DNA of 64,000 nucleotides from contig NIVC01001867.1 in NCBI GenBank assembly GCA_002269645.1, forward strand, positions 163,805 to 227,804. The letters run 5' to 3'. The notes under the pieces were generated by a model. That model searched no databases. It worked only from the letters and a program-made list of their open reading frames with translations, and had not been told where the DNA came from. The translations under genes and the position numbers were made by a program. The first letter of the stretch is position 1, and the number at the start of each line of letters is the position of its first letter. This document shows positions 17,563-28,200 of the stretch, in pieces. The DNA is from Macrostomum lignano (Eukaryota).

Positions 17563-17787
17563 TTACTTAAGACAACATGGTAGTAAATTTTTTATTACAA
17601 ACAAAAACAATATTATTACTATTATTGTTACTAATATTATTATTGACATTTGTTCAACTGTTATCAAACTTAAATTTTCATTAAGTTCATTAATTGGAAC
17701 ATTTCCGATGTAGGAATAGTTTACCTTCATTTTTTTATATATATTTTTCATAATAAATGTTGTTTCTGTTATAGAATAATAATTCAT
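17563..17787 (-). CDS. Small Polinton protein with one C-terminal TM helix
   Basis: TTTAAAAAATG start. Hydrophobic IIILVTIIVIILFLFVI followed by PCC. Confidence 0.5.
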   Translation of the reverse strand: MNYYSITETTFIMKNIYKKMKVNYSYIGNVPINELNENLSLITVEQMSIIILVTIIVIILFLFVIKNLLPCCLK

Positions 17788-17802
17788 TTTTTAAATATTT
17801 TT

Positions 17803-18117
17803 TTACATAAAAATTTCAATTTCATTCTCAGAATCACTGGTTTCATATGAGCTATTTGTTGATTCGGAATCTGTTGATCTAACCTCCCAATCATCCGAAT
17901 TTAAATAATCTCCAAGTTGAAATATTAACTCTCCCTCTTGTTCTAATTCATACATCTCATCTAGCTCTAATGGATAAAGCTTTAGGTCATGCTTGTCGTC
18001 ATATTTTAAATAAACTTCATCAATTATTCCATTCAAAATATGTTGTTTTATTATCTCTGCATTTTTAGCAACAGTCTCAAAAGTATCACTAACAGAAAAG
18101 GTGTAAACTCGGGTCAT
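17803..18117 (-). CDS. Small acidic Polinton protein, 104 aa
   Basis: CTAAAAATG start just inside the right TIR. Asp/Glu/Ser-rich. Confidence 0.55.
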   Translation of the reverse strand: MTRVYTFSVSDTFETVAKNAEIIKQHILNGIIDEVYLKYDDKHDLKLYPLELDEMYELEQEGELIFQLGDYLNSDDWEVRSTDSESTNSSYETSDSENEIEIFM

Positions 18118-18125
18118 TTTTAGTA

Positions 18126-18478
18126 ACAGAAAAAGCCCCTTCGCGCCTGCGGCGCGTGCGAGGGGTTATAGAGATTTGGAAGTGTTAGAAGTGTTGGGGA
18201 GTGTTGGGTTGTGTAGTAGTAGGTAAAACGACGCTTACAGATCAGACCTTTTTTAATGGCCGTTTATAAGGTTCCAGAGGGGGGACACGAGGGGAGTGTT
18301 GGGGAGTGTTTGGAAGTGTTGGGAATGATTTTTATTGTTAGGGGGTTTTTAGATGTCTTTTTGTGTTAATGGTGATTAGATGTGTTTTTTTATTTACCCC
18401 CCGTGTCCCCCCTCTAGACCCTTAAAACGGTCATTAAAAAAGTGCTCTGGGTCTAGAAGCGTCGTTTTACCTACTACT
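18126..18478 (-). repeat. Right terminal inverted repeat (353 bp)
   Basis: Reverse complement of 759-1111. Confidence 0.95.
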
Positions 18479-18683
18479 GCCGCAGTTGCTCACACTGCAC
18501 CGCTGCCGCATCTATCTGGCAGGGTCCCGGTGTCTCTTGGATGATCATATTTGACGCCTATTAATATCTATTATAGCTTTGAGGTTTGAGTATGACCAGA
18601 CTGCTGTCACAGTACACTGGTAATTCTTCAGTTCGTAACAGATTTTAAACAAGAACTTTGTGGTGGATTCAAGTCAACTAACC

Positions 18684-19245
18684 TGAGGAGAAGAGAGGAG
18701 AGGAGAGAAGAGTAGAGGAGAGGAGAGTAGAGGAGAGGAGAGGAGAGGAGAGGAGAGGAGAGGAGAGGAGAGGAGAGGAGAGGAGAGGAGAGGAGAGGAG
18801 AGGAGAGGAGAGGAGAGGAGAGGAGAGGAGTGGAGAGGAGAGGAGTGGAGAGGAGAGAAGAAGAGAGGAGAGAAGAGGAGAGGAGAGGAGAGGAGAGGAG
18901 AGGAGAGGAGAGAAGAAGAGAGGAGAGGAGAGGAGGAGAGGAGAGGAGAGGAGAGGAGAGGAGAGGAGAGGAGAGGAGGAGAGGAGAGGAGAGGAGAGGA
19001 GAGGAGAGGAGAGGAGAGGAGAGGAGAGGAGAGGAGAGGAGAGGAGAGGAGAGGAGAGGAGAGGAGAGGAGAGGAGAGGAGAGGAGAGGAGAGGAGAGGA
19101 GAGGAGAGGAGAGGAGAGGAGAGGAGAGGAGAGGAGAGGAGAGGAGAGGAGAGGAGAGGAGAGGAGAGGAGAGGAGAGGAGAGGAGAGGAGAGGAGAGGA
19201 GAGGAGAGGAGAGGAGAGGAGAGGAGAGGAGAGGAGAGGAGGGAG
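18684..19245. repeat. (GGAGA)n pentanucleotide microsatellite
   Basis: About 560 bp of near-perfect GAGGA units, seen directly. Confidence 0.97.
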
Positions 19246-19325
19246 AAGATAGCTAAGAAGAGACACTAACAATAAGCGGGCCGAATTGGTATTGTGAAGT
19301 TTCAAAGGACACGTAGAGAGGCTTT

Positions 19326-19580
19326 GCGGTCCGTATGTGGCCGCCCTGGGTTAGAGCGTCGGACTCGCGGCTTGAAGGTCAGGGGTTCGATTCCTGATCC
19401 CACTGGAACAATTTGTGTCCTTGAGCAAGACACTTGACTCTGCATTGCTTCAGTTCATCCAGCTGTAAATTGGGTGCCATCATTAGCTGAGGTAATTGAG
19501 GGTGTGTGGTGACCCCCAGTCCTTGGACTAAACAGCCGTACGCAGCCTTCAGATGTATTCAATTATTATTATTATTATTA
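19326..19580 (+). mobile_element. tRNA-derived SINE, family A copy 1 (central domain resembles the Meta-type domain)
   Basis: B-box GGTTCGATTCC, central TGTGTCCTTGAGCAAGACACTT...CCAGCTGTAAA.TGGGT, (TTA)n tail. Homologous to 26661-26968 and 21915-22108. Confidence 0.8.
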
Positions 19581-20227
19581 CTTGTATTATAATTTGATCA
19601 ACCAAAATTTGCCAGTTATTTCACTGAAGCCCTCAGCACACCTGTGCAGCGATTCGCGTGACTGCGGCCGGCATAAATAAACTGCAGAATTGCAAATCTC
19701 GATCCGCATTGCTTTGCATAAAGCCGGGCCCGCCGAGCTTCCAACTGAGGGCAGTGGCGGTGGCAAATGCCCGCCTGTAACAAAACACCCCGCCATGCTA
19801 ATTAACCTGCGCTGTGCTGGCGTATCAGCCTCTCCGCTGTGGGAACCAGAAACTCTGTAATTGAAGACTCTCAATCTTGCATTTTCGAGGTGCGAATGTA
19901 GCCATCAGGCTTCAAGAGCTGCTCCAATCAAGATTAATGACTCTAGAAATGGTGAAGTCTAGTGCAAAACTGCTGGCCCAACAGCCAACCAACTGGACTG
20001 CAACAAATTACAAGTATTTCTGCTGTTACAATAACTCGTAAAATTCGTAATTGTTAGTAAAATCTAGTAAAATTTCTACATGCACTGGATTTCTGGTCAA
20101 CTGCGCATTGAAACAGGCAGCTGGAAGAAGCTGGAATTTGGGCGACTTCATTATTTTTACTTCTTTACTTTCATTGCTTTCTACTATGAGTAGTGCAGTG
20201 AGAATTGTTCTGCCGTATGGATAGCTT

Positions 20228-20347
20228 TATTAGGGACAGGGGCTGGGTGCACTCTGGCGCACATTGTTACACAACCGGCGAGAGGCATTACTGCCCATTC
20301 CGCCGACTCCCCTGAGCAGGCACACAAGCGAGCGGATACGTACGCAG
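20228..20347 (-). mobile_element. 3' fragment of SINE family B
   Basis: Reverse complement of about 45258-45390 (CTCAGGGGAGTCGGCGGAATGGGCAGTAATGCCTCTCGCCGGTTGTGT...). Confidence 0.75.
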
Positions 20348-20352
20348 TCAAA

Positions 20353-20670
<318 letters not shown>

Positions 20671-21324
20671 AGGCCTCCCAAAAGCCACTTCAATGTGATT
20701 GACAGAAATGAAAAATTTAAATGAGGTGTTGGAAACTAGAAGGGTGATCGATATGTGAGCTCAATAAGTGACCGATGGGAGATCGGTTGATTCGAAGCCA
20801 GCAGAAGCCAGAAATCTAAGAAATGCTTTAACAAACTGGCAATTTTTGCACCCGGCAGCTCTGCACACTCGCCCGAGCGCCCCACCCAGATCGATCCGCT
20901 GCCAGCCCGAACGGGTGAACAGCCTGCAGATTATTTTCAGCCACTCCCCGGCCCTTCAGTGCCAGCTGGATCTGCGCCGCCTCGCCTTCCCAGAGACGCA
21001 AAGAATCGCGGCAAAGGTTGCGCCAGCCGTCCACTCCGCCAATTGCACTACGTCGTAGCAGCCAGACCAAATCTGGGGGAGGGGGGGGGTTCTTCCCTCA
21101 TCCCTCTCGGGTCCGCAGGCCCTTGATCCCTGTGTAAGCACGAACTGTTAGTAGGCGCTTTTGTTCGCGACCCCTAGCGGGGTTTTAGCAGGCGGGCAGA
21201 GCGGCTAAAAGGGGATTTCTGCACGAATTTGAGAGTGCAGACACCTGGAAGCTCTCCGGGACCGCCGATCTTCGTCTGACTCACTGGGCAGCCACTCTAC
21301 CAGTGTTTAAAGTTCTCGTGTGTC

Positions 21325-22524
21325 ATGCCGCTGGCGGCTCTCTGGAGTTGCGGTGGCTCCAAAAAGCGGCAGCGGAAAGAGCAGCAGCAGCAACATGGAG
21401 GCAAGGATCCCACTGCCACCTCCCGCGAGGCTGAGGTACCCGAGGATGTCGACTTGACCGAAGCTCTGGCCGACGAAGAGATCGCCGAGTGCGTGCGGAC
21501 TTTCAACACATTCGACTACGACAACGACGGACGCATAAGCATGAAGGAGCTTGGCAACATCCTGCGCTGCCTTGGATACGGCTGCTCTCGGGCAGAGCTC
21601 AAGGTGAACTATCTTGGTATAGTTGACAATATTCCTAGAGCCGCTAGGAATACTATGGTAGTCTCTAGGTGAGACAAGTCTAAACTCTACAGAGCCTTAC
21701 CTGCCGAGCGTTCCTCCAGACCACAAAATTGTCCAGACAGAATCCTCCAGACCACAGAATTGTCCAGACAGAATCCTCCAGATCACAGAATTGTCCAGAC
21801 AGAATCCTTCAGATCACAGAATTGTCCAGACAGAATCCTCCAGATCACAGAATTGTCCAGACAGAATCCTCCAGACCATGTCCAGACAGAATCCTCCAGA
21901 CCATATCCAGACCAGATTCCGGATTCCACTGGAACAATTTATGTCCTTGATTAGCTGGGGTATTTGAGGCTGTGTGTGGCGACCCCCCTGACCATGGACT
22001 GAACAGCCGTACGCAGCCTTCAGATGCGCCGCTTCAGCTGCGGCTGAGCTGTCGGTTGCACATCTGGCCCAATTGGAGCAGGTGTAATCAGTTATTATTA
22101 TTATATTACTGGGTTGCAGAATTCACTGCAGAGGTCTCTGAATGTTTTTGAGTGGTAAGAATTCCCGGAAAACTCGAAACTTGGGCCTCAGAGTGCAGCC
22201 CTGCTCCCGCAGGAGATGTTCGCCGGCATTGACAAGAACGGAAACGGCTTCATTGACCTGCAGGAGTTCCTCGGCCTCGTGGGCCTCGGGCAGCTTCGCC
22301 ACCGGCAGCAGACGGACCGCCAGCTGGCGAAGGCCTTCCGAGTCTTCGACGCCGACCGAGACGGCTTCATTGGCCCGGCGGAGCTGCGGGCTGCCCTGCG
22401 CCGCCTGTTGAAGCCCGCTGAGGTCACCGACCGCCTGATGGACGACATGATCCGCGGCGCTGACCGTGACGGCGACGGACGCGTCTCCTTTGCCGAGTTC
22501 GTCGGCATCGTCAGCCCGCGGTAG
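21325..22524 (+). CDS. Calmodulin-like protein with four EF-hands; exons 21325-21603 and 22213-22524 (196 aa)
   Basis: EF loops DYDNDGRISMKE, DKNGNGFIDLQE, DADRDGFIGPAE, DRDGDGRVSFAE. The phase-0 intron (AAG|GTGAAC...CGCAG|GAG) keeps the frame. Confidence 0.88.
21716..21912. repeat. ~31-bp intronic minisatellite (CCAGACCACAGAATTGTCCAGACAGAATCCT)
   Basis: About 6 tandem units inside the calmodulin-like intron. Confidence 0.9.
21915..22108 (+). mobile_element. SINE family A copy 3 (5'-truncated, internally deleted)
   Basis: Shares CCACTGGAACAATTT.TGTCCTTGA and GGACTGAACAGCCGTACGCAGCCTTCAGATGCGCCG...(TTA)n with the other copies. Confidence 0.75.
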
Positions 22525-23336
22525 CCGGAGCCATTGTGGATCGAGGCCAGCTGAGAGCTGGGGAATGCGGCCCAGTTTCTTGCCTTCCATCTGAAGAGCC
22601 CAATGACTCCACAAGCTGATATTGGTTGCACTCGTAGTTAAAATTTAGCGCTGTTTTTGCTGTACAGTACAGAATTCTTGGATCGCGTGCGTGCGGATGT
22701 CATTGCCCCAGGCTGCTGCGAGAAATTTGCTTAAAAACAAACACTTTTTGTTGTCTCGATGAACTGCTGAGTTTTTTGCTAAGTTTACTCACTTCTCGCT
22801 TGTTGGGACGCAGAAGAAGAAATCTCTGCACTGTATCAGTGGGTAAATTCGCCCACTGTGCATCAGCCCTAACCCAAGGCAGATACTCAAGCCTGCTTAG
22901 TTTCTCACCGATTGGACATGGAGACATTTTGGGCTCTGTGAAGTCCTCTACTGACTCTACTCAGATGTAGATATGACCTCAGTGTAAAATTCTGGTACTA
23001 CTTAGGATGCTCCGTCAATCTTCGTCCCCCGCGAGCTCGCAGACAACTCGGTGTACAATTGGCATATGTCTCGGGGCAGAGAAGTACAACTCAGGCTCAG
23101 GCGCAAACAATGAGAACTTCAAGGCGTCCATTTCTTGCACTCAGAGCTTCTCAACAGCAGCGAAGGAAGAGGAGGCGAGGTTCGCTACCGAAACTTGAAA
23201 AACTTTGCCTACATAATTTCTATCAAGGGGACGAAAATAACGAAAATGAAACAGTCGGATGGTTGAAGCTGTGTTAGCTAACAACTGCTCAAAACGCTGA
23301 ATTTCTCAAATCACTCCAAAACTCCAATCATCAAAA

Positions 23337-24818
23337 ATGCGAGCAAGTCAAGCAGTCACCGTCGCTCACATCGCGGTGCTGCTGACGATGCGCTGCTGCC
23401 TGAAGGTTATGGAGTACCAGTTCATCACACTGGCCGCAGCAAGCTCCAATGCCAGCACCGACACCGAGGGAGTGGCGGAGTCGGCCTCGCCGATGTCCTG
23501 GATGTACACCTGCCGCTTTTTGCTAGGCGCTCTGGGCGGCCTGGTGGCCTGCTGGATCGGCCACGTGCGCACCCTGCAGCTGGGCGGCTGCGTCCTGCTG
23601 GCATCGGCTGGCTCCATGGCCGGCGCCGTGTACACAGACCAGTGGAGCCCGGACTCTGGCGCCGCGCTGACCGCCTGCGCCCTCATGCTGGTCTACAACG
23701 GCCTGGTGATCCCCAACGTGATGTACGCAGTGCTGAGCAAGCGGACGAGGCCGCAGCGCCGCACGGTGCTCTGCGCGCTCGTCTACATGTCCTCCGCGGC
23801 CGGCCTGTTTGTGGGCATCCAGGTGCAGCACCTGCTGACCAACCCGAGCGTTGGCAAACACTGCAGCCTCGTCTGGTTGGCCTTCGCCCTCGCCTTTGCC
23901 GCGCTCGCTATCCTGGCGCTGCCGCGGCTCGACGCAGCAGCCGCGATGGCACCGAGCTCCGGGCAGCTCGACACGGCTCCGCCGCCGCCGTTCCCGAAGC
24001 TGCTGTGCAACTGCGGGCACGTCCTTCTGCCGACTTGGAGCCGTCTGAAGCGCAGCTGCATCGTCTTCGGGACGCTGATCCCCTTCCTGGTGGGTCTGTG
24101 CGATGACCGGTCCTCGGCCTTCAACGCGCAGCGGGCGCTGCAGCCGCTCATCGCCAACTCCAGCGGAGGTAACTCCGGAAATGACCGATTGAGCGATTCG
24201 CTGGATAGTGCGCTGCTGGCAGTCAGCCTGGTGGCCGTCAACGGAGGTCTGGTGGTCGCCGCCTGCTGCCTGCGCGGTCGCAGACGTCTCCCAGTGCAGC
24301 CGCGGCTCCTGGCGGGCATCGTCATGGAGGCGGCCCTGGAGCTGGCGCTGGCGGCAGTCAGTGGCGTTGGGCTGGCCGACCCTGTGGCCGTGTCCGCGGT
24401 GTACACCGCTTCTACAGTGGTGGACGCGACCGCCGCCGCGCTGACGATGGTGGCCGCCTACGAGCTGATGGACAGCTTTGAGCGGGACGCGGCAATGCCG
24501 CTGATTTTCGGCATCATGCTGACGGTGTGGGGTCTCGCGAACCTGGCCAGTCGCTGTATTGTCACGATCTGCCGCCGCCTGCCGCCCGACAACCCGATCC
24601 TGCAGCCGAGCGCCGGCAAGCCGCCTCTGCTGTTCGTCTACCACTCGCTGCTGCTGGCGCTGCTGCTGCTGAGCCTCGCCTTCTGGCGGCTGTTCGCCCT
24701 GCGGCTTGCCCGCTCGCTGCAGGTTATATATGAGGACGAGGTGCCAGAAGCTTCCGCCGGCCCCGTCAACGATAGCGACGGGGAGAACCGGCCGCTGCTG
24801 GACCCCGCCATCAACTGA
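23337..24818 (+). CDS. Intronless multi-pass membrane protein, divergent MFS (POT/SLC15-like) transporter, 493 aa
   Basis: Long GC3-rich ORF with about 11-12 hydrophobic helices and an acidic dileucine-type C-terminus (DGENRPLL). Family assignment rests on topology only. Confidence 0.65.
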   Translation: MRASQAVTVAHIAVLLTMRCCLKVMEYQFITLAAASSNASTDTEGVAESASPMSWMYTCRFLLGALGGLVACWIGHVRTLQLGGCVLLASAGSMAGAVYTDQWSPDSGAALTACALMLVYNGLVIPNVMYAVLSKRTRPQRRTVLCALVYMSSAAGLFVGIQVQHLLTNPSVGKHCSLVWLAFALAFAALAILALPRLDAAAAMAPSSGQLDTAPPPPFPKLLCNCGHVLLPTWSRLKRSCIVFGTLIPFLVGLCDDRSSAFNAQRALQPLIANSSGGNSGNDRLSDSLDSALLAVSLVAVNGGLVVAACCLRGRRRLPVQPRLLAGIVMEAALELALAAVSGVGLADPVAVSAVYTASTVVDATAAALTMVAAYELMDSFERDAAMPLIFGIMLTVWGLANLASRCIVTICRRLPPDNPILQPSAGKPPLLFVYHSLLLALLLLSLAFWRLFALRLARSLQVIYEDEVPEASAGPVNDSDGENRPLLDPAIN

Positions 24819-25281
24819 TGGGTGTCGGCGATGGAATCATAACCGGCTACACATGTAATAATTGACCATTCGTAGGCTTTCTCAAGACCTACTTAGGACT
24901 TTACGAACTTTAAGAGATATCTTGCTCACATCGAAATCGCGCGCACAGAATTTGCGCAACCTATTTTAACAATTTTTGAACTCTCTTCACCGGTTACCCC
25001 AGTAGCCACATGGAATCAGTCTGCAAAACTGAGGTCCAGATCGCTCAAAGTCTCAGGTCATGCATTATGCTGGGCCGCTACAGTTGATTGATATAATGAA
25101 TAAGTAAACATATTTTTCGATAAAAAGCTCCACACAGCAATACTTTCGTTTTCATTTAACTTCTGTGAAGATTACCCTAGCCATTCTAACATAGCGAACT
25201 GTAAACACCTTCTGACAATGGTTTATTTAGTCATGAACAACTCCGAAATATGAACTAAATGTATTAATCAAGATGTAGAAC

Positions 25282-28200
25282 TCAGATGCGTTTCGCTGCA
25301 TATCTCCGCGGCGTTGAGCGCTGAGCTCCTGACGATCGTCGAGACTGCGTTCGACGCCGCAACAGAAACACAAGAGCCACCACGATGAGGATGAGCACCA
25401 TGACTCCGATGCTTACGATCAGCCAGACCCACCAGTTGACTCCGGCAGAGGTGAAAACTGTTCTGGCTTCACTGCTACTCCTGCACATGGTGACCCCCGG
25501 CGGGCAGATGCACTCGAATCCCAGGTTGACGCCCGTCGCCCGGCACGACCCGCCGCTCGGGCAGCTGATGTTGAACTTGCTGCACGGGTTCACGGCAACG
25601 CAGCTCTTGCCCGCGTCTCTCTCCTGTCCTGCTGGACACTCGCAGGTCATCTTGCCCCAGAGTCTGCGACAGACTTCCGTTGACGGACAGTCGCAGGGAG
25701 GCGTCAGGTCCACACCGTCGGAACCGACTCTGGCATCGCTGGCCAGCACTGGCGTGATGAAGCCCCCTGTGGCCTCATTGATAGACCGATCTGCAGCATC
25801 CGTAGTTGTAGACATGTACGTGCCGGAGACGCGGATGTTCCGCAGCCAGCCTGAGCGAATTCAGTGGAGAGGTGCTAATTGGTTAAACCAAGGTAGGAAA
25901 CTGACACACTGGCACAGGCACTGACTTACTGTTGGCGATCTGAGCCGTCAAGTCCAAATTCGAGAGGTCGGCCACGGTTCGGCCCAGGTCGTGCAGCCTG
26001 TCGACCCCGTCAACTCTCAGCTTGAGCACGGCTTGCCTGGTGGCGGCAAACACGGAGTGCCACTCGCCATCGTCGACTCTGATTGGCGGAAACGCGAAGC
26101 AGCTGGACGAGTCGATGCAGAGCTGCAGCAAGCCGTCCGAAATCTGGAGTCAGGGGAGGAAAATATTTGTATAAATTGAAGTTATGAGCTTCTTGGCTTC
26201 AGTTTGATAAATTCAGCTCACATCCAAGCTCTGACTCAGAACGGTTGAACGTGCCGAATTCTTGATGGTGGCATGCAGGACGCCAGTCGATGCACTGACT
26301 CGAGTTCGCAGTTCCAACTCAATCGATACGGAGTTTTTATCGCTTAACTGTAGCGGATTCTTCGGGTTCTCGAACCAAGTGCTTGGATTGCTTGATGCGG
26401 TGCTGATTATCAGTGGATCTGCAATTTCAATCAGTTCACTGAAGTTCAAGTGGGGGTTGTAGCCAGTGGGGGTTGTAGCCAGTGGGGGTTGTAGCCAGTG
26501 GGGGTTGTAGCCAGTGGGGGTTGTAGCCAGTGGGGGTTGTGGCCAGTGGGGGTTGTAGCCAGTGGGGGTTGTAGCCAGTGGGGGTTGTAGCCAGTGGGGG
26601 TTGTAGCCAGTGGGGGTTGTAGCCAATGGGGGTTGTGGCCAGTGGGGGTTGTGGCCAGTGGGGGGTTGTAGCCTAGTACTTAGAGCGTCAGACTCACGAC
26701 TTGAAGGTCGGGGGTTCGATCCCCGATCCCACTGGAACAATTTGTGTCCTTGAGCAAGACACTTAACTCTGCATTGCTTCAGTTCACCCAGCTGTAAAAT
26801 GGGTGCCAGCAATAGCTGGGGTAATTGAAGGCGTGTGGTGACCCCCCAGTCCTTGGACTGAACAGCCGTACGCAGCCTTCAGATGCGCCGCGCAATAGCT
26901 GCTACTGAGCTGTCGGTTGCACATCTGGCCCAATTGGGGCAGGTGTAACCAATTATATTATTATTATTGTTTACTGAAGTTCAGCTTTGGGTTATCAAGC
27001 TATGTGTGAATTCCAAACTCGTCTTACCTTGTGTGCACTCGTTGGACTGCCGATCTTTCCTGCACTCGGCACTGGAGCCGACCGTCTCAAGCTTCTTTCG
27101 CTTCGATCCCAGGCACTGGCAGTTGCAGTCCATCGGATATCCTTTGCTTTTAGTCACGATCCCATAGCAGACCGACTGCGCTCCGCACACGAATGTGCCG
27201 GAGCCGCCGCAGCTGCCGCTTTGAAACTTGCAGTCGTCTTCCACCTTGGAGTCCCCGGTTGTCACGGCCCTGCTGGCCTTCGCGTCCACCAAATAGCCGT
27301 TCACGGTGACTGATTGCACGCAGCCAGTGAGCGCCTGGCCGATCTCAAGCCAGAGGTTGGTAAAGTCCGAGACCGAACCACCAGAATTGACGCTCTTGGT
27401 CTGGCACTCAAGCGGAATTGGATTGCTTGAGACGCCTGCGAGCTTCTTTGGGCACAGAACTGCCCGAGTCTGCAATTGGTTGCCAAGTTGGTTCAGCTTT
27501 GGTTGATAAGCCGCAGCATGCGAGATTTATCCCAGAAACTCTCACCAGCTTTGGAGTCATGAGAATGTGAAAAGTGAACCAGTTCCCTTGGTTAAGGCCT
27601 GCAGATGATACATCAAAGCTTTTTCCAAGAAGCAGACTTCCGGCCACTCTGAGTGTTGTAGTCCGGAAGATCAGCGATGCACTGAGCATTGAACTGCCTG
27701 GATTGTTGGGACTCTTCAGCGCCAGCGTCTCGAGGCCGGCTTTTTCGATTGATCCGGACAGCTCAAATGAGATTTCCAGAGACAGAGCCGAGTGCGGCAG
27801 GCCGCCAATCCAGTGGCGAGTGAAGGCCAGACCGGATGACCCGTGGCTGTAGCTTCTGACCGGGTACTCGCATCGAGGACCCCACGGGGTGTTCGGCGCT
27901 AACGGACAGATGCACCTGCAGATTGGCAGAACTTTTTAATCCGGCTTTGCCAACAGATGCAACTAGCAATCTAGTGCCCCCTTCGGGGCGTCCAATAGCA
28001 AGAAACGAAAAGTATTTATGAGAACCTTTTAAAACGAATGCATTTCTCTTAAAAGCATTCCTATTTCAGTTTAATAAATCACTTTGTTCGAGTAAATTTT
28101 TCCCAGTAAGCCTTGACATCTCAGCAATTCCCCCAGTAAGCCTTGACATCTCAGCAATTCCCCCAGTAAGCCTTGACATCTCAGCAATTCCCCCAGTAAG

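Larger units (their letters stand above)
759..18478. mobile_element. Complete Polinton/Maverick (polintovirus/adintovirus-like endogenous element), 17,720 bp
   Basis: Begins AGTAGTAGG at 759 and ends CCTACTACT at 18478. GCCGCA is duplicated at 753-758 and 18479-18484 (6-bp TSD). Long TIRs. AT-rich and gene-dense, unlike the GC-rich flanks. Encodes pPolB, rve integrase, ATPase, protease, MCP and minor CP. Confidence 0.98.

Noticed and set aside
18628-19305. Long low-complexity ORFs (LLSSP/EERRG repeats)
   Set aside because: Translations of a (GGAGA)n microsatellite.
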